DNA of 64,000 bases from TPA_inf: Saccharomyces (taxonomy: Eukaryota). Below the pieces are notes generated by a model. That model saw only the letters and a list, made by a program, of their open reading frames with translations, was not told the origin of the DNA and searched no databases. Where the stretch lies: assembly GCA_000146045.2 (NCBI GenBank), contig BK006945.2, positions 192,001 to 256,000 of the forward strand. The letters are read 5' to 3'. Positions within the stretch are counted from its first letter, which is position 1; every line of letters begins with the position of its first letter. Made by a program: the position numbers and the translations under genes. Below are positions 46,001-56,716 of the stretch, piece after piece.

Positions 46001-46813
46001 TTAATCTTCAGACACAGATTCCTTGTCTAATAATTTGTTTAATTGAATATTGACAGATTTATCCTGCAGCTTGAACAAATTTCTTGCGCGAAAGGTTGCT
46101 AGGAAAATCAAAGGTAGTAAAAACATTAGAACTGTATCGAAAACGTAAAGGCACCATTCGTGCTGACCTATATAGCTTTGTAAGCCCATTAGAAATTGTA
46201 CTACTCTGACAATGGTTCTACCATTAACCAGCAATATCCCAGCTAAAAGTATAAAATTGTACTGGAACCATTCATTACTATCCCGCACAATTTTACTAGG
46301 CGTTGCCTTCATTTTATAGTGAAGAAAAAGTTGACTGAACGTTAAAAAGGTATAACAAAATATCTGAATGAAAAGACCCACAATAATTAGGATACGCCCA
46401 GTATTCCTGCTGTTCCATGAGGATAACAACCCACCTCCTACAGCCTGTAGGACACGCCCAATCATATCTGCCACTACGAAAGAAACTGTACTAAATTTCG
46501 CAGGAATTAACATATATGCCTCCATAAGAATTAGACGTGCCATTTTGCTGAACAACATAAAAATACTAAGGGCGTAAAGTGAAGGTGCTATCAATAGAAG
46601 CACCGATTGAGCAATGAAAGTCGAAATCGAGGGGCTATTGATAAAGACTATTTTCAACACATAACCCACGAACTCTAAACAAATCCCTAAAACGAAAGGA
46701 AAATGTGTCCACATCAAACCGCGGGCAGGAAAGTATATTATTGTGGAATTTTCCTCTGACAACTCATTGTTTTCCCAGCGATGAATACGTCTCTTGCTCG
46801 TGTGTGTTGCCAT
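46001..46813 (-). CDS. RTA1-family (lipid-translocating exporter-like) membrane protein YLR046C; 270 aa from the first ATG
   Basis: It is a multi-transmembrane protein with RTA1-family features (hydrophobic helices, a conserved YxY.P-type N-terminus). The ORF-track version (46972, 323 aa) starts at TTG. The first ATG is at 46811-46813 (MATHTSKRR...). See the finding on the N-terminal extension. Confidence 0.7.
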   Translation of the reverse strand: MATHTSKRRIHRWENNELSEENSTIIYFPARGLMWTHFPFVLGICLEFVGYVLKIVFINSPSISTFIAQSVLLLIAPSLYALSIFMLFSKMARLILMEAYMLIPAKFSTVSFVVADMIGRVLQAVGGGLLSSWNSRNTGRILIIVGLFIQIFCYTFLTFSQLFLHYKMKATPSKIVRDSNEWFQYNFILLAGILLVNGRTIVRVVQFLMGLQSYIGQHEWCLYVFDTVLMFLLPLIFLATFRARNLFKLQDKSVNIQLNKLLDKESVSED

Positions 46814-47346
46814 TATGATCTGCACCAAGGCAGAAAGGATTAAAATGCCAAACAGAACGACAAATGCAATCGCTGCACCTTTGTGAGGATTGTATGCATA
46901 AAAACCTTCATAATCAGTGATTGCTTTAGTAAAAAAATTCCTATTGAGGCAGTTGAGTTCTTTTATCGACAATAAGTCTCTAGTACAGTAGTGAGAGTGT
47001 CATGTATTCAGTACCAAGAAGAACTTATATGCCTTTTATAATTCATCTTATAAGTTGCTAGACATACAAATAATCAATATGGAAATGTGCTTATTCCCGC
47101 TAATATCCATTAATATCCGCTGTCATTTTTCGCAACTATCACCAAGTGGAGAGAGGCTTGACAACCACCAGAAAAAAACTAAATCAGCCTGCGGAACTTT
47201 TCTCGGAAAAAATCAGTTAGAAAAGATCGTACATAGGGCCCTTTTTTGACAGTAAGATTAAAGAGCAAAACGGGACATTATAGATATGCCACCATCAAAT
47301 ACGTGAATTTTCCAAGCCTCATAAACTAATAGCCAACTTGCAACTC

Positions 47347-49407
47347 TTATAATGCAAAACTTTCTCCGTGAAAGTGTAAACCACCATCTGTCGCCCATCT
47401 TTTGGTGCTTTCAATTAAGCCTCTAGGGCCTGCAGCGAGAACCCATACTTGTGACAAATATTCAGCATGGTCTCTGCCTTGATTCGCCCACCTGCAACAT
47501 TGAATAGAATCCGTCTCTGCATCACATTCGGTTTGCAGACACCATTCATAATCCTTATCTCCAAGTGTAGGCCTGCCAAAGAACACTTTAACACCTGCGG
47601 GAATTCTGATCTTTTTAGGCGCCGCCTCTAAACAAGGATCTTGGGCAGGTGGCTCAATGATCTTTGGTTGTCTGAAAACGCTCGATCCGTTAAACGAAGA
47701 ATGTGTAGTTAGAGTTCCTTGTGCAGTATTTTTCCTTGATTTGGATCTGCTAAAAGCATATGTAAAATCTATCTCGTCATCAGCATTGATGTCAGGTATA
47801 TCACTTGTTTTTGGTGGGTGATGGTTTCTCAAGGTAGATTTCTTACTTAGAAGGGCTGTGTTCTCATTGGGCTCCGTAGGTTGGGGATTTCCATCTGATA
47901 ACATGGAATTATCTCCCAGTTCTGAAACTCGGCCGCTCGAAGAAATACTCCTGACTTCATCATTAATATCAGCAGCGCAGTCATGATAGTCAATATAATC
48001 AATTTCTATGTCCTGTTCGTTGCCTTCGGTGCCACTAATATATATCTCCATACCTTCAAAATTGTTTTTGAAGTGGTTCAATACTTCCAGATCCTTATAA
48101 TCTCTAGAAACCCAAAGGAGCCTAACGTTTACACCGTTGAAGTTTAGAATACGAAGTAGTGGTAAGCCAAAGGAAATTCCTGAACCTCCAACACACATAA
48201 ACACTCTTTGCGCTTTAATTAGAAAATTTAAAGGCGAATTTATTAGTGCAGAAGAATTGTTTCGAAATGGATTCTTGGAAGATTTCGTGGTAATATTAAA
48301 AGGAACAGTAGGTTTAGAAATGAAACTCAACTCAGGTTCAAAAGCCCCTGTAATGTAATACTTTTCATTTGTACGCAATGGAAAATGCCCGTTTCTAATA
48401 ATTAACCTGACCAAATTATCACTTGGAATACTAGCAATAGTAAAAGGATGTTGGAAGGGTATCAAATGGGAGAAAAACCTCCTTAAAAAATTTCTATGGT
48501 AAATGTTGATCCTTAGATGCCCTCCTGGTAGGATGGGCTTTTTGGGTAAATCGGTTAATGGGAACTCCAAAAGAGACAATGATGAAGAAATGGGTACTAT
48601 CGTAACTCTCGTAACATTGGTGATATGGAGCCTATAGACGATTTGTCCCGTTAATATGAGCACATTTAAAGTGGTATAATATGAAATTCCTGGGCGAGCG
48701 TGATAATGTAGAAACACCAAAATAAGCCATGTGCTTACATAGTGAACATAGTAAAAAACTCTGTAGCTCCATCGTCTGGCATATCTCACAGAGGTGATGG
48801 CAATCAGTAGGAAAAGGCCGAGGGCAATAACCCCATAAATGTTGGGTAGTTTTCTCATTTTCACGTATAACGTATCATTAATGTACATGTAATAGAGATA
48901 GAACCACGTGTGTAGAATAGATTCAAGCACAACAATTCTGGAAATCCATTTGTGGAGAGGTAACAATGCTAAGTATAACGTGTGAGGTAACGGTGATGGC
49001 CTCAACGTTAGAAATAGTAAAGGTGGCATCAAAGCAACGGAAATTCTCCCCATTCGCTTAGTAATTTCTAACAGATCTCCGTTAGCGCCTTGTATAACAA
49101 AAAACGAGGTGAAAACAAAGCATATTAAACATAGTTGTAGTGACTGTTTGTGATACATATGTGTTTTGTGAACCCATGATCTTCTGTTGAAAACATGATG
49201 CTTTAAATGGTGACATATTTTGAAGAATTTGTCAGTTAGCAACAAATAATTCATTAAGGGTATAATAACACATATTATAATGAAAGAAATTAAAAGACAT
49301 ATCTGAGAATATTTGCGGACTCTTAAAGTTCTAAAATGCTTGTCCACGTCGACATCAAAACTGGGAAGATGTTCCTTGAACCAGCTAACGATGGACTTTA
49401 AATTCAT
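47347..49407 (-). CDS. FRE8: ferric/cupric reductase-family transmembrane protein
   Basis: 686 aa with ATG at 49405-49407. It has ferric-reductase transmembrane-domain His residues plus FAD/NAD-binding regions (HPFTIAS-like motif [11 protein letters not shown], and [10 protein letters not shown]). Length matches YLR047C. Confidence 0.85.
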
Positions 49408-49806
49408 GCTGAAAATAACAATAAATAAAATACAGTAAACTTTTTTAGCGGAACTTCTATTGTAATTTAACGATTTAATCTGAAGAGATGTAGATGTAAT
49501 AAAACTGTTAAAGTGGCAACGTGATAATTAAAAGCTTGGCAAAAATAAGAGATCAACACTAGCTTTTTCTTTTTCCACCTAAATTTGAAGGGAAATAAAA
49601 AAGAAATTGAGGCTGTACAGAGTGTTAATCTTCCATAACGGATACCACCAAACGTTTTTACCCTAAACTTAAATTTTATTACTTATTTTACATGCATAAT
49701 GGCTGCCATGCGTAGTTCATACATGTTATTTGCACCCTTTTTCTTTTTCAATAACAAAAAAGAGCTTGGGCATTACGTTTTCAACACTTTTAATATTTCC
49801 CTTTTT

Positions 49807-49818
49807 ACATCCGTACAT
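49807..49818 (+). promoter_or_regulatory. Rap1-like binding site (ACATCCGTACAT) in the RPS0B promoter, with a second degenerate copy (AAACCCATGCATT) at 49828-49840
   Basis: It matches the ACAYCCRTACAY ribosomal-protein-gene box consensus, about 415 bp upstream of the RPS0B ATG. Paired Rap1 sites are typical of ribosomal protein promoters. Confidence 0.45.
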
Positions 49819-50231
49819 ATAAAATGTAAACCCATGCATTCATGACAATTTTACCTATTTCTTAAAGGCCTTTGTCACTTCTTTATGGGAATGGCGCTAC
49901 TTTAATTTTCCGCCTACTTTGAAAAATTTACCAAGGCGAAATTGAGTGCGCTAGGCGGAAGTTCCAGGGCACGGTCACCGAACCTTTGTGCTGTTTCGAA
50001 CGAGGGTCCCGCTGGAGGTTGACGGACGCGGGAGGAGCTGGAAAGATGGAATGGAAGGACTGCAACACTCAGTAAGAAGGTTCGTGGTAGGGAACATCAC
50101 CTTCTCTAGTTCCTGTAAAAATAATATGATCAAGTTTGAATCCTCGTATTGAAAAATCGCGAGTTATTAAGTGTGTAATTTAGAATACCGAAATAGCACA
50201 AGAAGAGATAAGATAAGATACTGATAGGATA

Positions 50232-50321
50232 ATGTCTTTACCAGCTACTTTTGATTTGACTCCAGAGGATGCCCAACTTTTGTTGGCCGCTAACACCCAT
50301 TTAGGTGCTAGAAACGTTCAA
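50232..50321 (+). CDS. RPS0B: 40S ribosomal protein S0 (uS2), exon 1 of 2
   Basis: ATG at 50232. Exon 1 encodes [30 protein letters not shown] (30 codons), followed by the 5' splice site GTATGT at 50322. Confidence 0.9.
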
Positions 50322-50680
50322 GTATGTACACATATCCCATACGATTATGTTCTATAGATGATAATAGGTCTCGAAAAGAATATGTCCCCGATTTAATCAT
50401 ATTTGGAGGTCAGAGGACCAAAGGTAATTTCAGAGGAATTTTGAACACGCCGGGTTTAGAAGAGTTAGAATTTCACTTCTTAGTGAGGGTAAGGAGAAGA
50501 AACTCAATAAGAATATACATCCTCGACTGTGTCAAAGATTATGAACTCCGATGAAACAGTAAAACGTCAAAAAATTCCACGGGATATAATTCGGTACTTT
50601 ATTGGATATGGAAGAAAACATTATATATGCACAAATGAACGCTCTTACTAACATAATTTATCTTTCCTCTCTTTTTTTAG
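50322..50680 (+). other. RPS0B spliceosomal intron, 359 nt
   Basis: It has GTATGT at the 5' end, the branch point TACTAAC at 50646-50652, and a poly-pyrimidine tract ending in TTTTTTTAG at 50680. Joining gives ...ARNVQ|[14 protein letters not shown]..., the in-frame S0 protein. Confidence 0.9.
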
Positions 50681-51349
50681 GTCCACCAAGAACCATACGT
50701 TTTCAATGCTAGACCAGATGGTGTTCACGTTATCAATGTTGGTAAGACCTGGGAAAAGTTGGTTTTGGCTGCTAGAATTATTGCTGCCATTCCAAACCCA
50801 GAAGATGTTGTTGCCATCTCTTCCAGAACCTACGGTCAAAGAGCTGTCTTGAAATTTGCTGCTCACACTGGTGCTACTCCAATCGCCGGTAGATTCACTC
50901 CAGGTTCTTTCACTAATTACATCACCCGTTCTTTCAAGGAACCAAGATTGGTTATTGTTACCGACCCAAGATTAGACGCTCAGGCCATTAAGGAAGCTTC
51001 TTACGTTAACATTCCAGTCATTGCTTTGACTGATTTGGACTCCCCATCTGAATTTGTTGATGTCGCCATCCCATGTAACAACAGAGGTAAGCACTCCATC
51101 GGTTTAATCTGGTACTTGTTGGCTAGAGAAGTTTTGAGACTAAGAGGTGCTTTGGTCGACAGAACTCAACCATGGTCCATCATGCCAGATTTGTACTTCT
51201 ACAGAAACCCAGAAGAAGTTGAGCAAGTTGCTGAAGAAGCTGCTGCCGCTGAAGAAGGTGAAGAAGAAGAAGTTAAGGAAGAAGTCACTGAAGGTCAAGC
51301 TGAAGCTACTGAATGGGCTGAAGAAAATGCAGACAACGTTGAATGGTAA
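50681..51349 (+). CDS. RPS0B: 40S ribosomal protein S0 (uS2), exon 2 of 2
   Basis: [81 protein letters not shown]...NADNVEW*. The two exons total 252 aa. Confidence 0.9.
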
Positions 51350-51885
51350 TCATTTGAAAACCTTGCAATGTGTGTGAATATTGTAAGGAATTGAGAAAGA
51401 GAGATAAAAAAAGAGACAGAAGTATCACTTCCTTTTCTAATTTTTCTTTTTCATTTTTTTTTTAAATTCATCTATCGTTTATCTTTATCTCATATATATT
51501 TGCTTCTCTCTGAAGCGTCATCATCTATCTGTATTTTTAATGCAATCATAGTATAAAAATTTTTAACCAAATTCAAAAATTATAATATTTTAAAAGTTTA
51601 TGCTTTTGTCCTTTTATATTCAAGTCATTTGGCCATTATTACGCTTTTTTTTTTATTAGGTAAGTGGTTTCAATAATTAAATTCTTTAGCGGGAAGGCTG
51701 ACTATCTATAGTATTGAAGATAAGTTAAATTAATGTTTAGTTCTGATATTTCATTTTTATTATTAATTAAATTTGCACTATTCGCCATGACGGGTTCACC
51801 CGAGTATTTATTTTGCTTTCGTTATACATATATATATATATATATTCTTCCAGGAGAAATACCTGCCTTCTCTCTTACCCCTTGC

Positions 51886-53172
51886 TCAATCTAAATCAAT
51901 CCGTGACCTTAAATCTTCTAGCAGAATGACTAAGTCACAATCGATTTTAGAAATTTGAATAACCAGCTCAGAGATATTACTGACAAAAAACTTGTAATGG
52001 CACTGTTTTAGCAAGTTTAAGATAAATGTATCCATTAAGAAAGCATTGATTTTATTCGGACCATAATAGGTAGTCACTATTAGAATATCTAAAAGTTCTA
52101 GACCAATACCATCTAATTTGTGCTTATTCAATGCGTTGGTCATAAAATTTCTTATTACAGGCTTGATGAAATCCATTATCACATTTAATTTCAACTTGTC
52201 CTTTAAATGGTAGTATAAGTTAGGAAAGTCCTGATAGAACTTCCCCTCAGTAACCGTGTAAGAATTCTTGTTGTCCTTATTGTCATCGAAACGACTATTC
52301 AACCAGGTAACGTTTTTCGTCAAATTGATGAAAATAGACCGGGATAGAGTTTCCTGCTCTTCGTTGTTACAACATTTCCTTATTGCTAGATACAATGAGT
52401 TGTTCGCATACTGACTGAAAAATCCGGCTTCGTCTAGTTCGCTATAGTGATATAAACATCTCTTGTATATTGGAAGACGAAAATCGTTCGGTATCCCAAA
52501 CCAATATAAGTTATGCTTACTTATCACCAACAGCAGGTCCGTCTCATCGCCAGATGTATGACAACTTCTCAAATTGCTCCAAAACTTTTCCAATTTTAGT
52601 TCTCTTCGAAATAAGTTTCTATTTTGAAACTTTAAATTTAAGATGTTCCTCTTTGTTTCCGATTTAATGAGGTTTTGTATGGATGGATCAGTATGAGTGC
52701 ACAAGGTTTCATCGTTATTATTGGCAATTAATGATAACGATTCTTTTTCACTATTGATTTTCCTTTTATTTTCCTGAATCAAAGAATCTACACTCAAATT
52801 TTTTTGTGGTCTAATGACTAATGAAGATGATCCTGATGAGTTCCTGTTGTTGTTTGGAGTAAACAAACCATCAGAAAACACAGAAGACGCAGAAGAAGAT
52901 GAAGAAGAGTACATCGTTGATCTGTGATTCGGCGAAGGGGCCACAGGACTCCCCTGAGAGTTTGCTCGAGGAATGGCAAAGTTGTCTATTATGGGGACAG
53001 CATAACTAATGAGATTAGTATCTTTATCTATTGTTGTGTCCAGAATTGTTGTCCAATCTGTGGTCCCGGAATGTAGGGCCTCTTCTTTCAAATCGTTTCT
53101 TGTTATTCTATGCCTGCTATGGAATAGCCGCTGACTGGGTGGTACGTACTCGTGCATGATATTATTAACCAT
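51886..53172 (-). CDS. uncharacterised protein YLR049C, 428 aa from the first ATG
   Basis: The ORF-track start at 53199 is not an ATG. The first ATG is at 53170-53172 (MVNNIMHEYVPP...). It has a Ser-rich low-complexity N-terminal half. Confidence 0.65.
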   Translation of the reverse strand: MVNNIMHEYVPPSQRLFHSRHRITRNDLKEEALHSGTTDWTTILDTTIDKDTNLISYAVPIIDNFAIPRANSQGSPVAPSPNHRSTMYSSSSSSASSVFSDGLFTPNNNRNSSGSSSLVIRPQKNLSVDSLIQENKRKINSEKESLSLIANNNDETLCTHTDPSIQNLIKSETKRNILNLKFQNRNLFRRELKLEKFWSNLRSCHTSGDETDLLLVISKHNLYWFGIPNDFRLPIYKRCLYHYSELDEAGFFSQYANNSLYLAIRKCCNNEEQETLSRSIFINLTKNVTWLNSRFDDNKDNKNSYTVTEGKFYQDFPNLYYHLKDKLKLNVIMDFIKPVIRNFMTNALNKHKLDGIGLELLDILIVTTYYGPNKINAFLMDTFILNLLKQCHYKFFVSNISELVIQISKIDCDLVILLEDLRSRIDLD

Positions 53173-53586
53173 GAGTTGTAGCTGTTTTGTTATATCCAAA
53201 GAATTTGGCTAACGTATCCTTGTACGCGTGATTTATTTATATATACGTGCAGCACAATATATATATATATATATATGTATGCGTGCGCTTGGTTATGGCT
53301 CAGTAAAGCGAAAGTAACGGAATAAGCGAGGGAAGGGGGATCTAGCGATGAGGGAATGGCAGTAACAGACTGTTCCCTTACAATACACTCTTGCTAAATT
53401 ACATCAAGGATAATATACTATTTTAAAACAAAAACCAGCCATTTCCCTAAGGACGCGAAACTTTTGTGACGCGTTTCAAATAAAAAAGAATACTGCAAAA
53501 CGCAGCACAATAATTAGATAAAACTAGTGGCATATGTCACTAATTAACTATATAGTCACTAATACTGTATATATAGCCGACACAGG

Positions 53587-54072
53587 CTACACAAAACACA
53601 AACGCAAAGGAATTAGGAATGTAGGTAGGTACACCGAGGCTAACTGACACTTCTGGGTCATGGACAAGCTTGTTTTTAGCACATCGTAAGGAATGTAACC
53701 ACGCTTGAAAATAACAACGATACATATCAAGGTAGTTAGAGAGGCATTCCAGCCATAGATACGCAACCACTTTTTCAATCTGCTATTTGTATTAACTTGT
53801 AATTCGCTTGAATTCCAGAATTTATTGACGAAATAGACGAAAAGGGGTAGTTGCAGAACTAGCTCAAGGACTACAAACCAGTATAGCCATTCTGGTTTCT
53901 CTGATAGCAGGAAATCGTGTTGCTTTGCGATGTGATCACTAACAACCTTTTGCGCAATCCCTAGTTGCCATTTAGCGGGAATAACCACTGATGAGTCGAT
54001 GAATATGGTGATGGGAATGTGAACGATGAAGTACCACAAGTAGAATTGTTGCTCACGATGTCCTAGCTTCAT
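53587..54072 (-). CDS. EMA19: small multi-pass membrane protein YLR050C, 161 aa
   Basis: The first ATG is at 54070-54072 (MKLGHREQQFYLWYFIVHIPITIFIDS...). There are four predicted transmembrane helices. I believe the name EMA19 is correct but am not certain. Confidence 0.65.
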   Translation of the reverse strand: MKLGHREQQFYLWYFIVHIPITIFIDSSVVIPAKWQLGIAQKVVSDHIAKQHDFLLSEKPEWLYWFVVLELVLQLPLFVYFVNKFWNSSELQVNTNSRLKKWLRIYGWNASLTTLICIVVIFKRGYIPYDVLKTSLSMTQKCQLASVYLPTFLIPLRLCFV

Positions 54073-54323
54073 TATCTCCGGTCGCTTTTCTCTATATGTT
54101 TTCACGTGAGTGGCTCGTTTCTCGTACTTATTTGCTGCGGTTGTTCCTTTTATACCTACTAATTCGTATCCTGTACAAAAGCCGATAATTCTTTACTATG
54201 TTTTCAAAGGTTTTTTTTTTTTAAACGATATGCAAATTATTAATTCTTTTGAATATTTCTATGTAATCTAAACCACTTTACAATATACTATATGGAATAC
54301 GTGGCGAAGAAAATTCCATTATC

Positions 54324-54977
54324 TCACCTCCGCTTCTTTCTCATCTCTTTCATTTTCTTGTAATGTGCCTTCCTACCGCTCGTAGATTTCTCCTGAATTT
54401 CGTTGTATTTACGCTTGAAATACTTATTAGAAGCTTCATCACCCATGAGTGTTTCCAAAATAGTCGACTTTCTTTCCTTCCTGTTCATACGACTACTATA
54501 AAACTCACTCTTGTCTTCAATTATGGTACCAATAGCAAACCTCTCTGGCACCTCCCAACGTTGCTTCTTATAATGTCTCTTTGGATCAAGAGCAGCTCTA
54601 TGTTTAATCAGCAATAAATCTCGTTGAACTTCACGACGCATGTTATCATCTGGCTTTGGTAAGGTAAACCAGTCATTATCGTTTTTGTCGCTCTTGTTGG
54701 GTTTTCTTTTATCTTCTGTCTCCACACTAGGCAAGACGTTCTTCTTCTTCTTCTTGTTTGCTAAAGCATCAAATCCGGTTTCTAACTTAGGAAGCTTCTT
54801 AAGATTAGTTTCGATCTCTTGAAATTTACTTTCAATTTCTACTTCATCATCATTATTGCCTATCTGCAAAACATCCTCTTGTTGAAGAGAAACTTGTTCC
54901 TTCGCTGAATTTTTTACTTCTAGACTGGCACTAGCATCTCTTAGTGCTCCAAATAAGTCTTCCACACTTTGATCCAT
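54324..54977 (-). CDS. FCF2: nucleolar pre-rRNA processing factor Fcf2
   Basis: The first ATG is at 54975-54977 ([14 protein letters not shown]...), giving 217 aa. The protein is Lys/Arg-rich, as expected for a nucleolar protein. Length and position match YLR051C. Confidence 0.75.
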
Positions 54978-55200
54978 GTTTAACAGCTCCTTTCTCACGT
55001 CCTCTTTAATTGGAAAACTTGACGTCTCATCGCATTTTCTATTTCTTTTCTATCTTCTGTTTTAATATGCTGAAAAATTTTTAGGCCGGCACTAACCACG
55101 AATTATGATAAAAGAGAAGGATGTTTAGAGAAAAGGTTTTCGTGTGAAAGGGGGAATTGCGTTGTTAACTGACATAGCTGTCTTCAATGGAATCATAACA

Positions 55201-55953
55201 ATGAAGTTCGAAGACCTCTTGGCAACCAATAAACAGGTGCAGTTTGCTCATGCAGCTACTCAACATTACAAAAGTGTCAAAACTCCAGATTTCTTGGAGA
55301 AAGACCCACATCACAAAAAATTTCATAACGCAGATGGCTTGAATCAACAAGGTTCTTCGACCCCATCTACAGCTACCGATGCAAATGCCGCCTCAACTGC
55401 TTCCACTCACACAAACACCACGACATTCAAAAGACACATTGTTGCCGTGGATGACATATCGAAAATGAACTATGAAATGATAAAGAATTCTCCAGGGAAT
55501 GTAATAACGAACGCTAACCAAGATGAGATAGATATAAGCACCCTCAAGACAAGGTTGTACAAGGACAATCTTTACGCTATGAATGACAACTTTTTACAAG
55601 CTGTCAATGACCAAATTGTAACATTAAATGCAGCGGAGCAGGACCAAGAAACTGAGGACCCTGACTTATCAGATGATGAAAAAATTGATATACTGACCAA
55701 AATCCAAGAGAACTTGCTTGAAGAGTACCAAAAACTTTCACAGAAAGAAAGAAAGTGGTTTATATTGAAAGAACTACTGTTGGATGCAAATGTAGAACTC
55801 GATTTGTTCAGTAATCGTGGCAGGAAGGCAAGCCATCCAATCGCATTCGGAGCAGTAGCCATACCAACGAACGTCAATGCGAATTCACTAGCATTTAACA
55901 GAACCAAGAGAAGAAAAATTAATAAGAACGGCCTTTTGGAAAACATTCTTTAA
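55201..55953 (+). CDS. IES3: INO80 chromatin-remodelling complex subunit
   Basis: ATG at 55201 (MKFEDLLATNKQVQFAHAATQHYK...), giving 250 aa. The ORF-track start is upstream and is not an ATG. Matches YLR052W. Confidence 0.75.
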   Translation: MKFEDLLATNKQVQFAHAATQHYKSVKTPDFLEKDPHHKKFHNADGLNQQGSSTPSTATDANAASTASTHTNTTTFKRHIVAVDDISKMNYEMIKNSPGNVITNANQDEIDISTLKTRLYKDNLYAMNDNFLQAVNDQIVTLNAAEQDQETEDPDLSDDEKIDILTKIQENLLEEYQKLSQKERKWFILKELLLDANVELDLFSNRGRKASHPIAFGAVAIPTNVNANSLAFNRTKRRKINKNGLLENIL

Positions 55954-56099
55954 GCCAAGATTAACATAAGACAAGTTTGCAAAATCCCCAACTTCACTTC
56001 CATATGCATATTCATTTAGGTATATATCGTATATTTGAGAAAAATTCATATATGAAACGTTATTAAAACATGAAAAATAGAATGTGTTATCGGGCTTAA

Positions 56100-56426
56100 C
56101 TATATTCTGCCATTCAATGCGTGTTTCTTGACCATCTCTCGCACTACCTCTGACGGTACATAGAATGGGTTATGCTTCTTTGTCTTTTTCGTGTGCTCAT
56201 ATTGTCTTTGGTTCTCGAACTCAACCTCCTGGGTTAAATTTATATTAAAGAACAAGAAATCCTCTATGCTATCATTATTATCTTGAGATTCCATCTCAAA
56301 TAGTTCAGAAAATCCGGTGTTCCCGAGGTCATCGTATTGCAATTTTTGTTTGTCTACCTCATTACTCAAATTGCTATTGGAGGTGCTTTTGATAGCATCA
56401 CTACATTTATTATGAAGCATATCCAT
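56100..56426 (-). CDS. NRS1: small uncharacterised protein YLR053C, 108 aa
   Basis: ATG at 56424-56426 (MDMLHNKCSDAIK...). Length and position match YLR053C. The gene name is given with low certainty. Confidence 0.55.
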   Translation of the reverse strand: MDMLHNKCSDAIKSTSNSNLSNEVDKQKLQYDDLGNTGFSELFEMESQDNNDSIEDFLFFNINLTQEVEFENQRQYEHTKKTKKHNPFYVPSEVVREMVKKHALNGRI

Positions 56427-56716
56427 TAACTCCGTCCTGAGTTGTTCCGACGTGTGTCAACAAAAGGATTTACTAAGAATGTTGTATTTTGAGTTTTAAA
56501 AGGACGTGCATATGCACATACATATATATATACATATATGCGTATTTATCATCACTCCGTGCTGTTTAGAAGCTGCACATATTATGCATCTATCGCGATA
56601 GTATTGTGAGTTGGAGATAAAGATTTAATCATTTGTGCAACAACCGCTTTCTACTGTAGGCATAGAATTTCGCGCATCCCACCCCTTATTAACAATCACA
56701 TTTTTTTTTTTTAATA

